DNA of 64,000 bases from contig CAWKDB010000010.1 of NCBI GenBank assembly GCA_963848295.1, forward strand, positions 2,816,001 through 2,880,000, in the 5' to 3' direction. Of this stretch, positions 46,841-58,540 are shown piece after piece. Origin of the DNA: an uncultured delta proteobacterium (GTDB taxonomy: Bacteria > Myxococcota_A > Polyangia > Haliangiales > Haliangiaceae). Under the pieces are notes generated by a model, which saw only the letters and a program-made list of their open reading frames with translations, was not told the origin of the DNA and made no database searches. The position numbers and the translations under genes were made by a program. Positions within the stretch are counted from its first letter, which is position 1, and each line of letters begins with the position of its first letter.

Positions 46841-47560
46841 TCAGTCGCACTCGGTCGGCGCGCAGAAGACTTCGACGGAGTCGAGGCCGGCGCCGGTATC
46901 GGGCACGAGGGTCAGGATCTGATCGTTCGGCGGGCAGCTGACCATCGACGGGTTCATGGTGTCGGAGCCGGTATTTGCGATCGGGACCGCGACGGTCGTC
47001 GTGGATCTGCCGGTGATGTCGATGCCGGTGCAGTAGATGGTCGCGCTCAGGAACAAGGTGCGGTAGTGGCTGCCGTAGACCTGCATGCCGGTGACCGCCG
47101 TGCCGTCTGCACATTCGGCGAGCCCGGTCAGCGCGGCCGGTGTGAACCCCGCGCCGCCGACGCCGACCACGTCTATCGTGTAGACCGCGCCGGTGTGGGC
47201 GCCGGTGTGATCGATCGTGATCGGCGCACACGCGATCCGGATCCCTTGGGCCGAGTCGGTGTCGCCGCCGTTCACCGGCTGTTCGCTCATGTAGAGCGCC
47301 ACGCCGATGATCCGATCGGTCGCGAGACACGCCAGCGCCATCTTCGTGCCGCCGCCGGTACTGAGACCGACCTGGCCTTCGTCGGTGCCGATCAGGCCCG
47401 CGCCGACCTTGCACGTCAGGTTCGACGCATCCAGCGCGTCCGAGCCCTCTGGGGCATCGACCGCACGGGCGTCGATGCCCGCCCCGGCGATCGGGGTCGT
47501 GAACTGGCACGCTGGCGCGAGCAGGAGAGCGGTACTGCGAAGTGCGGCCGTGAGGTTCAA
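46841..47560 (-). CDS. Hypothetical Cys-containing lipoprotein
   Basis: TTG start overlapping the response regulator stop; lipobox APAC. Confidence 0.65.
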   Translation of the reverse strand: MNLTAALRSTALLLAPACQFTTPIAGAGIDARAVDAPEGSDALDASNLTCKVGAGLIGTDEGQVGLSTGGGTKMALACLATDRIIGVALYMSEQPVNGGDTDSAQGIRIACAPITIDHTGAHTGAVYTIDVVGVGGAGFTPAALTGLAECADGTAVTGMQVYGSHYRTLFLSATIYCTGIDITGRSTTTVAVPIANTGSDTMNPSMVSCPPNDQILTLVPDTGAGLDSVEVFCAPTECD

Positions 47561-47996
47561 GACTGGAGTGGAGCCGGTTGGTTGAGCAAGAGCCAGTATA
47601 GTCCGACCTGCCGGATCGCCTCGACGAACTGCGTGAAGTCGACCGGCTTGCGAATGTAGCTGTTCGCTCCGAGGTCGTAACTGCGCAGCAGATCTTGGTC
47701 TTCGACCGACGCTGTCAAGATGACGACCGGCAACAGCTTCGTGCGCTCGTCCGCCCGCATGCCACGGAGCACCTCGAGCCCACCGAGCTTCGGCAGCTTG
47801 AGATCGAGCAACACGAGCTGCGGCACTTCGGTGACCGGGCGATTCGCGTGCTTGCCGCGGCGGAACAAGTAGTCGAGTGCCTCGGCGCCGTCGTGCGCGA
47901 CGACGACGCGATTGATGACGTTGCTCTTCGCGAGCGCGCGCAGCGTGAGCTCTTCGTCGTCGGGGTTGTCTTCGACGAGCAGGATGACGCGATCGA

Positions 47997-48000
<4 letters not shown>
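47557..48000 (-). CDS. Single-domain response regulator (Rcp1-like)
   Basis: LLVEDNPDD, LLDLKLPK, GANSYIRKPVDF. Confidence 0.93.
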
Positions 48001-49703
<1,703 letters not shown>

Positions 49704-49737
49704 GCGATCAATGTAGCGCGGTCTCGTCGCGGGAAGG

Positions 49738-50376
49738 TCAGCGATAGCCATCCTCGAACGCGAGGATCTCGCTCGGCCGGGCCCGCCGGGCCGCGCCGAC
49801 GATCGCCAGCGTGTGCAGGTCGCCACCGAGCGCCTCGTTCGCGCCGGCGTCGGCGGCGACCCACGCCGTGCCGTCCGCGATCCGCATCGGGTCGATGAGG
49901 TCGTCGCTGTGGATCGGCCGAAACCGCCAGGCCGCATCGAAGTTGCAAGGGCCTCGGCCGCACCCGTGCTTCGCTTGGACGAGTGAGCCGCGAACGTCGA
50001 CGTAGTAGACGCGCCCGGCGTCGAGGTTCGCTTCGAGTGCCTCGACACTGCCTGCGCCATCGCGAGCCCAACCCACGAACCAATGTTGCCCCGGTGCGAA
50101 CGCGACCGCGAAGCTCGTCCCCGCGGCGCTATCGCCGAGAAACTGTGCGTTCTCGTCGACGATGCGCACGGTCGGGGTGCCGGCGAAGCGATAGCCTCGT
50201 GATGCGCGGGCACAGATCTCGTCCGGGGCGCAATCGCCGTCGCGCGGCTCGGAGTGATGGACGAACACGACGGTCGCGTGCGCTGGATCGGCCTTACCGG
50301 CGATCGTCGTCGCGTGCATGTACGACGGCATCGCGCCACACCCGGTCGCGACGAGGCACGCGGCGGCGAGCTTCAT
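49738..50376 (-). CDS. Hypothetical lipoprotein (DUF2846-like)
   Basis: MKLAAACLVATGC; ATVVF, APGQH, LDAGRVYYV. Confidence 0.6.
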   Translation of the reverse strand: MKLAAACLVATGCGAMPSYMHATTIAGKADPAHATVVFVHHSEPRDGDCAPDEICARASRGYRFAGTPTVRIVDENAQFLGDSAAGTSFAVAFAPGQHWFVGWARDGAGSVEALEANLDAGRVYYVDVRGSLVQAKHGCGRGPCNFDAAWRFRPIHSDDLIDPMRIADGTAWVAADAGANEALGGDLHTLAIVGAARRARPSEILAFEDGYR

Positions 50377-50492
50377 GCGGTCAACGGTAGGGGAGCGCGG
50401 ACGCAGTCGCCGTGAAGTTCTCGTGAATCCGAAACGACAATGACTCGACGTCTGTCGAGGACGCCGAGTCATCGCCGGGAGGATCGCGTGAG

Positions 50493-50711
50493 CTAGCGGG
50501 TCGCGGCCGCGGGCGGGCGAACGCACATCGCGGTGCGGACGCCGCTCGGACGGCATGCGATCGCCGCGGCGTTGACGCTCTTGTGATGCAGCACCGTCGT
50601 GGTCGGCGACGCGCCGCCGCCGGCGCCGCCGACGGCCTCGAGTTGCTCGCCGTCGAGGACGCGAACGGTCGAGGCGACGAGCGAGAGCTTCTTGTTGCTG
50701 ATCTTCTTCAT
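50493..50711 (-). CDS. Lanthipeptide precursor-like peptide
   Basis: Leader MKKISNKKLSLVASTVRVL...EQLEAVGG; core rich in Ser/Thr with 2 Cys; GGAG RBS. Confidence 0.75.
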   Translation of the reverse strand: MKKISNKKLSLVASTVRVLDGEQLEAVGGAGGGASPTTTVLHHKSVNAAAIACRPSGVRTAMCVRPPAAATR

Positions 50712-50830
50712 GGGAGGCTCCGAATAAAGGGTGAGGTTCCAGTCCGGGGAGCGACGCCAGCCGGCGCGTCGCGAGTCCTACCCAAGAGCCCCCGCCCCGA
50801 CGTTTCGGCTCATCTCTCTACAATTTTTTA

Positions 50831-52054
50831 TCAGCGAGCGATCGACAGCATCAAAGCTCGATCCCACGCGGGGTTGGAGCCGTCGACCGCCGACTGCAAC
50901 GCCAGCGCGACGCCGGCGGCGCCGGTCACGATGCCGACCGAGGCGACGCCGAGCGCGAGTCCGGGATCCACGACCTGTGGCGCGAACCCACCGACCGGGT
51001 CGACCTTGCGCAGGTCGAGCGCCGCTTCGAACCACGTGCGAGCGGCGGCCTCGAGCACCGGATCACCATCGTCGCGAGCCGCGCGCGCGAACATCGCGCC
51101 GAGCCCGGCGGCGCCATGACACAAGCACGCATCGACCACCCCGGTCGTCGCGCGCGGGCGCGCCGCCGCCGCGTGCGCGAGCACCCGCGCACGAGCGACC
51201 CAATCGGCGCGGCCCATCGCAAGGCCGGCTTCGCGCAACGCGGTCGCCACCGACAGCTCGCCGTAACACCAGCCGAGGCGCGAGGGCACGCCGTTGTCGC
51301 CGCGGTGGACGAAGTCGGCGAACCGATGCTCCGGCAGCTCGCGCGCGAGCAACCAAGCCACCGCGCCTTCGGCCAGCTCGCGAGCGATCTCGGGCGAGAC
51401 CCCGCGCGCGACGCACGCCGCCAGTAACGCGATCACCGCCGGTGAACCGTGGGCGAGCCCGAGGTTGTATGCGCCGTCGGGATACTGCGCACGCAGATCG
51501 GCGTCGAACATCTCGTCGGGCAGCGGCCACGCGATGCCGTCGGGCATGCGCTCGGCGAGCCGATCGAGCCGCGCGACGATCTGCTCGAGCATCGCGTGTG
51601 CGATATCCCGCGGGGCGCGTTCGAGCGCGTAGACCCCGATGCCGACGACGCCACCGGTCAGATCGTAGTCGGTCGGCGACGCCGGCGCGGCGAGCTCGGC
51701 GAGCACCGCCTCGTCGATCGCGGCATTCGGGTCCTCACCATCCGCGTCGATCACGCGACCGATCAGGTGCTCGGTGGCCCACGCCACGCCGACGTATCCG
51801 TGATGCAACATCGCGGGCATCGGCTCGGCGGCGAGCGCATCGATCGCACGCTCGAGGTAGCGCGCCGCGACCGCGTCGTAATCGCGATCGGGAGTCGCGG
51901 CGTGCAGGTAGCTGTAGAACACGGCGAGCCCGGCGTCGCCGTCGGCGAGCGTCGCGCTGACCCGCCAGTCCGGCGGCGGATCACGCAGCGCGGCTGCGAC
52001 CGCATCGATCGCTTCGCGAGCGCGGCGCGCGGAATCGCCAACCAGCTGAGCCAC
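50831..52054 (-). CDS. lanC: Lanthionine synthetase LanC family cyclase
   Basis: YDLTGG, LGLAHG, GWCYG, CLCHG Zn/catalytic motifs. Confidence 0.92.
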   Translation of the reverse strand: MAQLVGDSARRAREAIDAVAAALRDPPPDWRVSATLADGDAGLAVFYSYLHAATPDRDYDAVAARYLERAIDALAAEPMPAMLHHGYVGVAWATEHLIGRVIDADGEDPNAAIDEAVLAELAAPASPTDYDLTGGVVGIGVYALERAPRDIAHAMLEQIVARLDRLAERMPDGIAWPLPDEMFDADLRAQYPDGAYNLGLAHGSPAVIALLAACVARGVSPEIARELAEGAVAWLLARELPEHRFADFVHRGDNGVPSRLGWCYGELSVATALREAGLAMGRADWVARARVLAHAAAARPRATTGVVDACLCHGAAGLGAMFARAARDDGDPVLEAAARTWFEAALDLRKVDPVGGFAPQVVDPGLALGVASVGIVTGAAGVALALQSAVDGSNPAWDRALMLSIAR

Positions 52055-52123
52055 GTAACCGTTCTTAACGCAATCCGAGCAACCCGTGGGCGGTCCGCCG
52101 CGCCCTTCGAGTAATGTCCGCGC

Positions 52124-52858
52124 ATGGCGCATACGAAGATCGAGATCAAGACCGAAGACGGCACCTGCCCGGCTTACGTGTTCAAGCCCGACGGCAAGGG
52201 CCCGTGGCCGGGCGTCCTGATGTTCATGGATGGGATCGGGATTCGCCCGTCGCAGCTCGAGATCGCGGCGCGCATCGCCGCGGCCGGGTACTACACGCTG
52301 CTGCCCGACGTGTTCTATCGCATGGGCGCGTACGAGCCGATCGTGCCCGCGAAGGTGTTCGGCGATGCCGAGTGGCGCACCACGTGGTTCGGCAAGGTCA
52401 TGCAGATCGCGAGCGTCGACAACATCATGCGCGACACCAAGGCGTTCCTCGCGCACTTCGCGGCGCAGCCCGATGTCAAAGGCAACGCGATCGGTGTGAC
52501 CGGATACTGCATGGGCGGCCGGCTCTCCGTGTGCGCGGCCGGTTACTTCGGCGCGAAGATCGCCGCGTGCGGCTCGTACCATCCCGGCGGCCTCGTCACC
52601 GACACGCCGGATAGCCCGCACAAGCTCGCGCCGCAGATCAAGGCGAAGCTGTTCATCGGGCCGTCGACCGACGACTTGCAAGGCGATGATCGAAAGCAGC
52701 TCGCGCAGGCGCTCACCGACGCGAAGGTCGATTTCACGATCGAGCAGTTCCACGCCAAGCACGGTTGGGTGCCGACCGACATGCCGGTTCACGATGCCGC
52801 CGAGGCCGAGCGCCACTACAAGACGCTGTTCGAGCTGTTCGCGCGGACCCTGACCTGA
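52124..52858 (+). CDS. Dienelactone hydrolase family protein
   Basis: GYCMGG nucleophile, AKHGW. Confidence 0.93.
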   Translation: MAHTKIEIKTEDGTCPAYVFKPDGKGPWPGVLMFMDGIGIRPSQLEIAARIAAAGYYTLLPDVFYRMGAYEPIVPAKVFGDAEWRTTWFGKVMQIASVDNIMRDTKAFLAHFAAQPDVKGNAIGVTGYCMGGRLSVCAAGYFGAKIAACGSYHPGGLVTDTPDSPHKLAPQIKAKLFIGPSTDDLQGDDRKQLAQALTDAKVDFTIEQFHAKHGWVPTDMPVHDAAEAERHYKTLFELFARTLT

Positions 52859-52866
52859 CGGTTCGC

Positions 52867-53445
52867 GTGACGCTGTCGCATCATCTGTTCACGATGGCGC
52901 ACCACAACGCGTGGGCGAACCATCGCTTGCTCGCGGCGTGCGGCCGGCTCTCCCAAGCGGAGCTCGTCGCCACTCGCACGAGCTTCTTTCCGTCGATCAA
53001 GGCGACGCTGAACCACATCGTCACGGTCGATCGGTACTACGTCGCCGCTCTCGAGCATTGGCGGCGCAACGCTGCGCCGGAGCCGGATCCACGGCGCTAC
53101 TTCGACCCCGAACAGCCGTTCGAGCGCTGCGCCGAGTTGTCGGCGGCGCAACACGAGGTCGATCGTCGGCTGATCGCGCTGTGCCGATCGCTGGACGACG
53201 GCGAGCTCGATCAGCCGGTCGCGATCGCGCGCCGCGTCGGGATCCAGTACGAGACGGTGACGCGCACGCTCGCGCATCTGTTCGAGCATCAGATCCATCA
53301 TCGCGGCCAGGTTCACGCGATGCTCGCGGGGACGACGGTCGCGCCACCGCAACTCGACGAGTTCTTCTGCGCGAACGAGGTGGACCTACGGGCAACCGAG
53401 CTCGCCGAGCTCGGAACGTCCGAAGCCGAGATCTGGAATACCTAG
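52867..53445 (+). CDS. DinB family protein
   Basis: HNAWANHRL, TLNHI, HQIHHRGQ. Confidence 0.92.
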   Translation: MTLSHHLFTMAHHNAWANHRLLAACGRLSQAELVATRTSFFPSIKATLNHIVTVDRYYVAALEHWRRNAAPEPDPRRYFDPEQPFERCAELSAAQHEVDRRLIALCRSLDDGELDQPVAIARRVGIQYETVTRTLAHLFEHQIHHRGQVHAMLAGTTVAPPQLDEFFCANEVDLRATELAELGTSEAEIWNT

Positions 53446-53900
53446 AGCGAGCCGCCGACCTTGAGCCCGGTCATCGTCGACGACGTATCGATCAGCGGGT
53501 CGTCGCAATGGCGCGAGTCGGTGCAGTGTTCGATCATCGGATCAACCGCGAGCGCGCCTTCGATCGTGACCGCGCTCGCGCCGACGTCGACCCAACCGAA
53601 GTCGCGGCTGTCGTTCGCGTAGTACACCGTGACGCGCCGGCGGCCCGGCGACATCCCGTAGATCCGGAACGCGCCGTGCTCGTCGGTGATCCCGGCTTCG
53701 GTCACGCGTGCGTCTTGCGCTTCGGCGATGATCGTTGCTCCGATCAACGGTGCACCGCTCGTATCGCTCAGCCGGCCGACGACCGAGCCCGGCATGCCAT
53801 GCGGCGCGTAGCCGACGAAGATCTTATCTGTGGGCTCGGACGCGAGCGACGAGAAGTGCGCGCAGCCAGCAACCACCGCGAGCGCGAGAGTCCTCATCAT
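53442..53900 (-). CDS. Lipoprotein with carboxypeptidase-regulatory-like domain
   Basis: Lipobox VAGC; GRLSDTSGAPLIGATI, TDEHGAFRI. Confidence 0.7.
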   Translation of the reverse strand: MMRTLALAVVAGCAHFSSLASEPTDKIFVGYAPHGMPGSVVGRLSDTSGAPLIGATIIAEAQDARVTEAGITDEHGAFRIYGMSPGRRRVTVYYANDSRDFGWVDVGASAVTIEGALAVDPMIEHCTDSRHCDDPLIDTSSTMTGLKVGGSL

Positions 53901-54013
53901 CCGAGGATAGCTCGCGGCGCGCGACGAGTCATCGACAAACCTAGGGCCTGTCCCTCCGATCCATCCGGCGATACATCGGGGCGCGGATAGGCGAAGATCG
54001 CGCGGTGCCGGTG

Positions 54014-55618
54014 ATGCGCTCGCAAGGTTCGACCCGCGCGACCGGCGTCGTATACACGCCGCGCGAGGTCGCCGAGCCGATGGTGCAGCGCGCGCTCGCG
54101 CCGCTGCTCGCGCATCGCGCGCCCGCGTCGCTGCGCGTGTGCGACCCCGCGATCGGCGAAGGCGCGTTCCTGGTCGAGGTGATGCGCCTGCTCTGCGCAG
54201 CCGGTGGCGAGCCTCGCGACATCGCGGCGCGCTGCTTGTTCGGCGTCGATATCGATGCGCGTGCGGTCGCCGCGGCCCGGACCGCGATCGAGGCGTTCGT
54301 CGGCGCGCCGGTGCCCGAGCTGCGCCAACATCTCCGCGTCGCCGATGCGCTGGCCGACCCGTGGCCGGATCGCGGATTCGATGCGGTCGTCGGCAACCCG
54401 CCGTACGTGCGGCAGGAGCTGTTCGCCGGTCGCAAGCGCGAGCTCGGGCAATTCGCGGTGTTCGACGGCGCGGCGGATCTCTACGTCTACTTCGTCGAGC
54501 TCGCGCATTGCTTGCTCGCGCCCGGCGGCCGGTATTGCCTCGTGATGCCGAACAAGTGGCTGACCGCCGCATACGGCCGGTCGCTGCGCGAGTTCCTCGC
54601 GCGCGCCGCGAGCCTCGAAGGGCTCGTCGATTTCGGGCGAGCGCTGCCGCTGTTCGGCGATGCCGATGCGTTCCCGTGCATCGCGTGGGGCGAGGTCGGC
54701 CGCGAGCGATCAGGTCCGGTTCGCGCGGCGCGCGCGGCGACGAGCGACGTCGCGGTTGAGCTGGCGACGACCCATGACCTCGCGCGCGACCGCTGGAGCT
54801 CGGAGCCGTGGCACGTCGATGCGCCGGCAGATGCGGCGTTGATCGATCGACTCGCGGCTCGTTGGCCCCGGTTCGGCGACGTGATCGGCAAGCCGTCGCG
54901 CGGCGTCGTCACCGGGTGCAATCGCGCGTTCGTGATCGATGCCGCGACGCGCGCCCGCCTCGTCACCGCCGAGCCCGCCGCCGCAGTGCTGATCCGACCG
55001 CTCGTCAAGGGCCGCGACGTGCGGCGCTGGCGGACCGTCCGAGGCGATCGATACATCGTGCTCGTCGACCGCGGCACCTCGCTCGCGCGGCTCCCAGGCG
55101 TGCTCGCCCACCTCGCGCAGTTTCGCGCCGAGCTCGAGCCGCGCACACCGGGCGCTCGCGGTCCCGGTCGCAAGCCCGGGACCTATCGCTGGTACGAGCT
55201 GCAAGATCCGGTCGGTGCCCTCGCGAAGTCGCGCGCGCCGCGCCTGCTCTATCAGGACATCCAGACGCATCCCGTGTGCAGCCTCGATCGCACCGGCGCG
55301 CTCGTCCCCGACACGACGGTGTGGAGCCTACCGACCGATGATCGCGTCGCGCTCGCGGTGTTGAACTCGACGCTCTACGGCTGGTACGCGCGGCGGCGCT
55401 TCCCACCCGCGCTCAATGGCGCCGTGCGACCGAAGGCTGCATACCTCGCGGCGTTCCCGCTCGCGCGTCCGAGCGCCGCGGCGCGCAGGACGATCGAGCT
55501 CCTGGTGGCGACCCGATTGCGCGAGGCCAGCGCCGAGCTCGATCGCGAGCTCGATCGCGCGGTCTGCGATCTCTACGAGCTCGACCGCGCCGAGCGCGAG
55601 CTGTTAGCCGCCACGTAG
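54014..55618 (+). CDS. N6-adenine DNA methyltransferase, TaqI/Eco57I-like (gamma order), orphan
   Basis: YTP, DPAIGEGAFL, GNPPY, DLYVYF, TaqI-C-like target recognition region. Confidence 0.9.
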   Translation: MRSQGSTRATGVVYTPREVAEPMVQRALAPLLAHRAPASLRVCDPAIGEGAFLVEVMRLLCAAGGEPRDIAARCLFGVDIDARAVAAARTAIEAFVGAPVPELRQHLRVADALADPWPDRGFDAVVGNPPYVRQELFAGRKRELGQFAVFDGAADLYVYFVELAHCLLAPGGRYCLVMPNKWLTAAYGRSLREFLARAASLEGLVDFGRALPLFGDADAFPCIAWGEVGRERSGPVRAARAATSDVAVELATTHDLARDRWSSEPWHVDAPADAALIDRLAARWPRFGDVIGKPSRGVVTGCNRAFVIDAATRARLVTAEPAAAVLIRPLVKGRDVRRWRTVRGDRYIVLVDRGTSLARLPGVLAHLAQFRAELEPRTPGARGPGRKPGTYRWYELQDPVGALAKSRAPRLLYQDIQTHPVCSLDRTGALVPDTTVWSLPTDDRVALAVLNSTLYGWYARRRFPPALNGAVRPKAAYLAAFPLARPSAAARRTIELLVATRLREASAELDRELDRAVCDLYELDRAERELLAAT

Positions 55619-56254
55619 CCGCAGCGTGAACTTTTCGCCGCCGTTGACGCAGCGGAGCTCGCCGCCGTCGCGCCCGATCAGGAACGATGCGATCGCGAGC
55701 ACCTCGCCGACATTCGGCGGCGACTTCGCCGCGGCGCCCGCGGGCCCGGTCAACGTGATCGCGAGATTTCCGTCGGCGGCGACGCACGTGACATCGACCG
55801 TGCGCCCGAGCTGCGAGGTCCCGGCCGCGATATCGAGCACGACCGCGAGCGCATGAGTCATCGCCGGCAGCGCGACCTCGACCTCGGCGTTCGTGAGCTC
55901 GCCGCGCAGCTTCACGCCGGCGCGCTCGGCCGAGCGCTTGAACACGACACCGAGAGGCGATGGCGCGCGTTGCGGCGGCTTGCCGAGCGCGCGATTCGCG
56001 GTGAACAGCCCGTGCAGCTCGTTGACCGCCGCGCGCGCGGTGTCGGCCGCGACCGTAAAATTCGGGTCCCCGAGATTTTCGGCGAGCTCGGTCATCTCGT
56101 CGAGTGCCATCATCAAGCTCTGTAGCTTCGAGGCCGCATCGTGGTGGAACGACGGCATCCGCGACCCGAGCGCGGCGAGCGCGAGCACCGTGTCGAGCGA
56201 CGCCTGCGCGTGCGCACGACACGGGTTGCCGTGTTCATCGAGGTGATCGGGCAT
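55604..56254 (-). CDS. Sensor-less histidine-kinase-like protein with degenerate ATPase domain
   Basis: H-box-like SFHHDAASKLQSL; HATPase-like C-terminus without N/G boxes. Confidence 0.55.
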   Translation of the reverse strand: MPDHLDEHGNPCRAHAQASLDTVLALAALGSRMPSFHHDAASKLQSLMMALDEMTELAENLGDPNFTVAADTARAAVNELHGLFTANRALGKPPQRAPSPLGVVFKRSAERAGVKLRGELTNAEVEVALPAMTHALAVVLDIAAGTSQLGRTVDVTCVAADGNLAITLTGPAGAAAKSPPNVGEVLAIASFLIGRDGGELRCVNGGEKFTLRLRGG

Positions 56255-56375
56255 CGTCGAGAGCTTCCACAACTCTACGCGAAGCCGAGGCCTCGATCGA
56301 GAATCGGCCGGAACTGAAACCCGTATAGGGCCTTGTTCGACGAAGAGAGACGGTGGTTTGGTGTAAACTAGGTCG

Positions 56376-56756
56376 GTGACGGTGCCTGTCCTGATCTGTG
56401 ACGACGACCCGGATATCCGGGCCGCCATGCGGCGCACGCTCAAGAGCTACGACGTGACCGAGGCGTCTTCGCCACGCGAGGCGCTCGACTTGCTCAAGGC
56501 CAACACGTTCGCCGCGATCGTGAGCGACTTCTCGCTCGAGGCCGACAGCGACGGGCTCGATCTGCTGCAACACATCAAGGTGATGTACCCGGACACCGTG
56601 CGGTTCCTCGTCACTGGCAATCGCGATATGGAAGTCGCCGTGCGCGCGGTCAACGAAGGTGCGGTTCACCGATTCTTCCTCAAGCCGTGGGACGACACGA
56701 AGCTGCGTGCAGCTCTCGAGATCGTCCTCAGGTCACGGCATAACCCTAGCGAATAA
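56376..56756 (+). CDS. Single-domain response regulator
   Basis: ICDDD, IVSD, FFLKPW. Confidence 0.92.
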   Translation: MTVPVLICDDDPDIRAAMRRTLKSYDVTEASSPREALDLLKANTFAAIVSDFSLEADSDGLDLLQHIKVMYPDTVRFLVTGNRDMEVAVRAVNEGAVHRFFLKPWDDTKLRAALEIVLRSRHNPSE

Positions 56757-56764
56757 GGCAACCC

Positions 56765-57922
56765 ATGGGCGGTGGCGTGAAGTTAGGTCGAGTCCTGGTC
56801 GTCGATGACGATGCGGCGATCTTGCGCACGTGCAAGCGCATCCTCGAGCCCGAAGGTTGGCACGTCGTGCTCGCCGACAGCGGCAGCGCCGGACTCGCCG
56901 AGATTTCGAGCGCGACCGAGGCGTTCGATTGCATCGTGTCCGATGTCAACATGCCCGATCTCGACGGCTTCGAGCTGCTCGGCAAGATCCACGACGTCGA
57001 TGACGACATCCCGGTGTTGTTGATGACCGGCGACCCATCGCTCGACGGCGCGGTCAAGGCGATCGATCGCGGCGCGATCTCGTATATCGCCAAGCCGTTC
57101 GATCAAGAAGCGCTCGCGAGCGCGGTCGCGCGAGCTGCGCGACGACACGGTGTGGCGCGCATGCGCCGGCGCGCCGAGGCGTACTCGAACGCGATCTTCG
57201 CCGGCGGTGACATGCGCGAGCTCGCGGCGCGGTTCACCGAGGCGCTCGACCGCTCGTACATGGTCTATCAGCCGATCTTCGACGTCGCGACCGGCCGGAT
57301 CGTCGCGCACGAAGCGTTGATCCGGACCGACGAGGCGACGCTGCGACGGCCGGATATCTTGATCGCCACCGCGGAGCGCCTCGACAAGATCCCCGCACTC
57401 GGCCGCACCGTGCGCGCCGCGGTGGCGACCATGATCGCGAGCTCGCCACTCGAGATGGACTTCTACGTCAATGTCCACGGGCTCGAGCTCGCCGACGAGG
57501 ATCTCTATTCGCCGACCGGCCCGCTCGCCGAGCATGCCGCCCGCGTCGTGCTCGAGCTGACCGAGCGCACCGGGCTCGATGAAGTCGACGCACCGGCTCG
57601 CGTCGCGATGTTGCGCAAGCTCGGCTATCGCATCGCGATCGACGACCTCGGTGCGGGCTACGCCGCGCTCGGCGCGATCGCGACGATCGAGCCGGACATC
57701 GTCAAGCTCGACATGTCGCTCGTGCGCGATGTCGATCGCCATCCGAAGAAGCGCCGGATGATCGGAGCGCTAGCCACGCTGTGCCGCGAGCTCGGCAGCC
57801 GCGTCGTCGCCGAAGGCATCGAGACCGTCGCCGAGCAGACCGCGTGCAGCGACGGCGGCGTCGATCTCTTGCAGGGCTTCCTGCTCGGCAAGCCGAGCCG
57901 CGAGCTCGCGCGCCACTCGTAG
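56765..57922 (+). CDS. REC-EAL c-di-GMP phosphodiesterase
   Basis: REC domain + YQPI, EALIR, ELTE, DDLGAGY, KLD, AEGIE, QGF. Confidence 0.93.
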   Translation: MGGGVKLGRVLVVDDDAAILRTCKRILEPEGWHVVLADSGSAGLAEISSATEAFDCIVSDVNMPDLDGFELLGKIHDVDDDIPVLLMTGDPSLDGAVKAIDRGAISYIAKPFDQEALASAVARAARRHGVARMRRRAEAYSNAIFAGGDMRELAARFTEALDRSYMVYQPIFDVATGRIVAHEALIRTDEATLRRPDILIATAERLDKIPALGRTVRAAVATMIASSPLEMDFYVNVHGLELADEDLYSPTGPLAEHAARVVLELTERTGLDEVDAPARVAMLRKLGYRIAIDDLGAGYAALGAIATIEPDIVKLDMSLVRDVDRHPKKRRMIGALATLCRELGSRVVAEGIETVAEQTACSDGGVDLLQGFLLGKPSRELARHS

Positions 57923-57930
57923 TCGTTCCG

Positions 57931-58479
57931 TCACTTGGCGGCGGCGATCAGGTCGCTCAAGATCCGCCACGTCAGGCCCCAGATCACGTAGCCGTCGTAG
58001 CGCCAGCTCGGAAAGCTCGTGCCGAGGCGCGGGTATTCGTACGGAGCATCGAGCTCGCCCGACGCCACGAGCCCGAGTGGCAGCCAGAACGTCGCGACCG
58101 CTTCGGCATTGAGCCGCGGCTCGACCGGTCCATCGAGCGCGAACACGAACGGCGTGACCTCGAGGCCAGCCGGGCCCGACGTGAATGGCTTGAGCGGCGC
58201 GAGCGCACCGAGCGCGCGGGCGCGCCGCAGCTCGAGGCCGAGCTCCTCCTCGGATTCGCGTATCGCGGTCACGAGCAACTCGCGGTCGGCGGGTTGAAAG
58301 CGACCGCCCGGCAGCGAGACATGCCCGGACCAGGGGTCTCCTTGCCGCTCGGCGCGCTTCATCAGCAGCACGCGATCGCCGTCGAGCACCGCCGCGACCG
58401 CCGCGCGCGGCAGGCCGTCGTCGGGCGGCACGATCGGCGCGATCGTCAACCGCCGCGCGAGGCGATGCCCGAGATCCAC
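57931..58479 (-). CDS. Nudix hydrolase, CoA pyrophosphatase family
   Basis: WSGHVSLPGG...AIRESEEELGL; IWGLT. Confidence 0.9.
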   Translation of the reverse strand: MDLGHRLARRLTIAPIVPPDDGLPRAAVAAVLDGDRVLLMKRAERQGDPWSGHVSLPGGRFQPADRELLVTAIRESEEELGLELRRARALGALAPLKPFTSGPAGLEVTPFVFALDGPVEPRLNAEAVATFWLPLGLVASGELDAPYEYPRLGTSFPSWRYDGYVIWGLTWRILSDLIAAAK

Positions 58480-58540
58480 GACCTACCTTAGCAAGCGCGG
58501 GAATCACACGCTCGTCTCGGGAGCGAGCTACATTGCGGCG

